64,000 nt of DNA from positions 3,956,884-4,020,883 of the forward strand of contig MU004231.1 of assembly GCA_010405405.1 (NCBI GenBank). The letters are read 5' to 3'. Positions 60,121 through 64,000 of this stretch are shown piece by piece. The DNA is from Microthyrium microscopicum (Eukaryota). The notes beneath the pieces were generated by a model. That model was not told the origin of the DNA and made no database searches. It worked only from the letters and a program-made list of their open reading frames with translations. The position numbers and the translations under genes were made by a program. The stretch's first letter is position 1. Every line of letters begins with the position of its first letter.

Positions 60121-63100
60121 ATGTTAAGCTTACTATCGTTAATTTTACAGGTTTATTGCTTTCAAGCGCTTTTCTTGGCCGTCTCAGGTACGGCTATTTT
60201 CAACATCTCCAGCCCTCGGTCTAGCCAAGACACGACAAGAGTTCTGGCAACAAGTTCTTTCAAAGATATTTCTACTTCCCAGATCAACTCTGCCAAGAAA
60301 CTGGTACAGAAAGAGCTGGTAGAGTGGTCCAAGTACAATGCATACCGGTTCGAAAATCCCCGAGGTAACAGGCTGGGTTCTAGAGCGAAGACTCAATCTC
60401 AATCCTCTAAGATAGTGATACCGAATGTCCCAATCATTACCGGAGAGATTGCTGAAGCGGCTGCGCTGCTGGCTGAACTCGAATCTCATGAAACATTGAA
60501 TAGTTCGGTCATCAAAACCCAATATGCGAAGCGGCAGATTTCACGATTTTGGCTAGAAGATATGCAGCATCTAGGGACCCTACCATATGGAAATGACAAG
60601 AATTATCGCACGTTTCGAAATGTTCGAGACTTTGGTGCTAAAGGGGATGGAATTACTGTGAGACTCCCTTCCATGAGCTGCTAAGTCATATCGTGATTTC
60701 TGTTACAGAATCCCGTGAAAAATAGCCATAACTAATACAATTGGTAGGACGATACAAAAGCCATTAATGAAGCTATGCAACAAGGCAATCGATGCGGAGA
60801 AAAATGCTATGGCTCAACCACCAAGAATGCTATTGTTTATTTTCCTAGTGGCACATACCTTATTAGCTCACAAATCAATTCTTATTATGGAACGCAGATG
60901 ATCGGAAATGTAAGCTAGACGAGTTGTACTGGTTTGTAACAATGGACACTAACGCAACCACAGCCTAATAGAAAACCTATATTGAAAGCAGCTGGGTCAT
61001 TTGTTGGTCTTGGTTTGATATCAACTGATGTCTACACGGGCGGAGGAATTGGCTCGGATGGACAGGATCAAGAATGGTATATTAATACTGTAAGTACCCA
61101 AGAATATTGATCTAGGCGCCAATTGACCGTCAAGGCAAACTTCTACCGTCAAATTCGCAACTTTGTCATTGACATAAGATCTGCAACTAGACAAGACGCT
61201 GGAGTTGCAGGTCTTCATTACCAAGTCGCTCAGGCAACAAGTCTTTTCAACGTCGACTTCGTGGGCTCTGAAGACCCCAACACACAGCAGATTCATCTTT
61301 ACGCTGAAAATGGTAGTGGTGGTTTCATGAGCGATATCACCTTCCACGGCGGCGCTTACGGTATCAAAGGAGGCAATCAGCAGTTCACGTCTCAGAGAAT
61401 CACTTTTACCAACGTCCGAACTGCAGTTTTTATGTTTTGGAACTGGGGCTGGTAAGTTTTGGAGAGAGCTTTGCTCTGTATCCAGATCATTTTTGCGTGT
61501 TATACTAACTAATCAAGGACCTGGAAGAGTATCAAGGTGATCAATTGCCGGACAGGATTCAATCTCACATCTGAAAATGGCGTTGACAGGAATACTGGCT
61601 CAGTCGTGATCCAGGATTCGGTCTTCGAAAACGTCCAAAGTGCCATCGTCACTTTTTTGCCCAACGATAATGTCAAGCAAAACAACACGAATATCGCTTT
61701 AGATAATATTGCGTTCAGGAATACAAAGGCTGCTGTAGAGGACAAAAGTGGACTACGATGGCTGGAAGGATCTGTCTCTAATATCGACACCTGGACACGA
61801 GGATCAACGTACTTGGATTCGCCATCCAAAAACTTCTTGATTGGAAAGACTTTTGCCACAAAACGTCCATCAGGCTTAGTTGGCGGTGATTCGCAGGGAC
61901 TACCTAAGCCTAAATTCTTTGAGCGGAAAAGACCACAATACGAGAATCTGCCTGCTTCCCAATTTGTGAGCGTCAAGCAAAATGGACTAAAAGGTACTCA
62001 TGATCGACGGGAATCGGAAAATATATACTAAAATCTCCAGGTGACGGTGTAACAGACGATACTAAAGCTTTCCAATCCGTTCTTGATCGGTTCTCCAATT
62101 CCAACAAGGTTATATTTATCGATACTGGGAGCTACATACTGACAGATACTATCAAAATACCACCGGGGACACGAATTGTCGGTGAATTATGGCCACAAAT
62201 GATTGCTTCAGGGGTAAAGTTCAATTCAGAACTGACCCCCAAGCCGTTATTTCAGGTTGGCCAACCTGGTCAGAAAGGCGTGGTGGAGTTGCAAGACCTC
62301 ATTTTCTCTAGCAAAGGTCCAACAGCCGGATTGATTCATGTTGAATGGAACATCGAAGCCTCATCTCCAGGAGCCGCTGGAATGTGGGACTGTCATGTTC
62401 AAGCCGGCGGAAGCGATGCTTCACAATTGACATCTAGACAGTGCCCTGAATCTATCTCTGGAAAAGCTGATCCCAGATGTAAAGCAGGATCTCTCATGTT
62501 TCATCTAACACCATCTGGATCAGTCTATCTAGAAAACGTTTGGCTTTGGGTGTCGGATCATGATCTTGACGATGCAGATCTGAATGATCCAAACAACCCC
62601 ATGCCCAAGACCAACGTTTTCGTAGCTCGTGGTCTGCTAGTGGAAAGCAACAAACCATCTTGGTTCTATGGCACTGCATCAGAGCATTCTGTATTCTACC
62701 AGTACTCTTTTCAGAACGCCCACAACGTACATGCTGGCATGATTCAGACAGAATCACCGTATTACCAACCTTTTCCACGTGCGCCTGCCCCGTTCCAATC
62801 TACAGTTGGTAACTTTCCAGGGGACCCAAACTATGCTGACTGCGTGAGGCAGCAAAACAAAGCCGGTTGCGACTCTTCATGGGCAGTGAGAATCTCGAAT
62901 TCATCAGATATATCATTTGCAGGAGCTGGCCTTTACAGCTTTTTCAATGGGTATTCAGAGACGTGTATCGATAGCCGGACATGCCAGAGATCGCTTGTAT
63001 CACTGGAAAATAATGGAGCCGGAATCCAATTTCTGAATTTAATCACTATAGGAGCAAAGTCGATGATCACAACGCCTCATGGAGAAGTGTCTGCGGACGA

Positions 63101-63170
63101 AAATGGCTCAGCAATGCATCATCCCCTCTGGAGTCATATATCAGTTTACAGGCCAAGGCCAGACAGGTAG
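60121..63170 (+). CDS. GH55 exo-beta-1,3-glucanase (pectate lyase 3-like beta-helix); five introns
   Basis: Signal peptide, FRNVRDFGAKGDGIT|DDTKAIN, VYFPSGTYL, NFYRQIRNF, LHYQVAQATSL, second KG|DGVTDDT repeat, WLWVSDHDLD, GTASEH and MIQTESPYYQP (catalytic Glu motif). Confidence 0.93.
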
Positions 63171-63605
63171 ACTACTGTATCATAGACATGCTCATACAAA
63201 CTGTAATTGGTATCCTATTAGGAAATCATGATTCAAGATTTCCCAATCTACTACAATTGATTCATACAAGAAAGATGGCGCTGTGGGAGTCACCAACAAC
63301 ACTGAATGCACAATGTGACTTATCCATCTACGTTATACCCCCATCTACGTATCATCTCATGATTTACGTGAGCCGCATTGCCTATACTCGGCAGTCTCGA
63401 TGTCGAAGTGAGGAGCTAGGGTCTTTATGTGTTCCATTCTTAGTGTATTAAGTTCTTCCCTATATTAAAACCTATCCGTATATGAGCTTTTAACACACAG
63501 CTATATACTGCCGTCCGGAATTTTCAAGATCAAGATTTCTAATACGCCTCAAGTTCTTTCCTCAACAGCATCGTGATCTTGTTCTACCCATCAGCACCAC
63601 TCAAT

Positions 63606-64000
63606 ATGACAGTCTCCAAAGCTCTCGTACAATGGCTCGTGAGCATCCTATTCATACCAGCCATTTTTGCCCAAGGATTCAATCTCACAGCCCTAACGGC
63701 AGTGAGCGGCGTATCGGTATTCCAGTGCTGGCAATTAAAGGATTCTCCAGGCAAACTGAATGCGAACGGAATTGTCCAATGGCCGATTGGTAACGCTGCC
63801 AACATGGACATGTCATTCATGCCAAAGAATTTGGTGATTAGCGCTAGTAAACCCAAGGTTCCGATGTAATAGTGACTTCTACCATTTGCCGAGCTCTGCT
63901 GATGAACACTTCTAGACTCTCATTTATGCTGTCTGGGCTACTGCACGTAACCATAGCAAACACAACAACGGATGTGTATATCAGAGGGGGAAAATATGGA
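63606..64000 (+). CDS. Small secreted protein (cupin-like fungal family); 3' end runs off the window
   Basis: Signal peptide, FNLTALTAVSGVSVFQCWQL, intron ~63866-63916, then LSFMLSGLLHVTI...YIRGGKYG. Confidence 0.75.

Noticed and set aside
1..64000. CRISPR arrays, rRNA, tRNA, telomeric repeats or a secondary-metabolite core gene
   Set aside because: None recognised by eye; a tRNAscan-SE/Infernal run would be needed to exclude small RNA genes.

Overview
Genomic DNA of a filamentous ascomycete fungus: about 25 protein-coding genes, many with short GT-AG introns and CTAAC/CTGAC-type branch points, and clear RIP damage in a transposon. Conserved genes include a TigA/ERp38-type PDI, an amino-acid/choline permease, an AIF/AMID-like oxidoreductase, TAF6, a Sid1-like STE20 kinase, a GFA/CENP-V protein, a cutinase, an AAA+ ATPase, a HET-6-like protein, YIH1/IMPACT, ribokinase, SPC3, HsbA and a GH55 glucanase. 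Mobile DNA comprises a complete 3,139-bp RIP-inactivated Mutator (MULE) element (78-bp TIRs, 9-bp TSD) and a 222-bp TA-flanked hairpin MITE. The most interesting signal is only partly visible in the ORF track. It is a tandem array at 24.2-27.2 kb of three divergent three-exon genes for small secreted six-cysteine beta/gamma-crystallin-like proteins with paired N/D-D-x-I/T-S-S motifs; one copy has a stop codon in its signal peptide. A MAPKKK-derived pseudokinase lies just downstream of the MITE. Gene models were spliced and translated by hand, and family names come from recalled motifs, not database searches.
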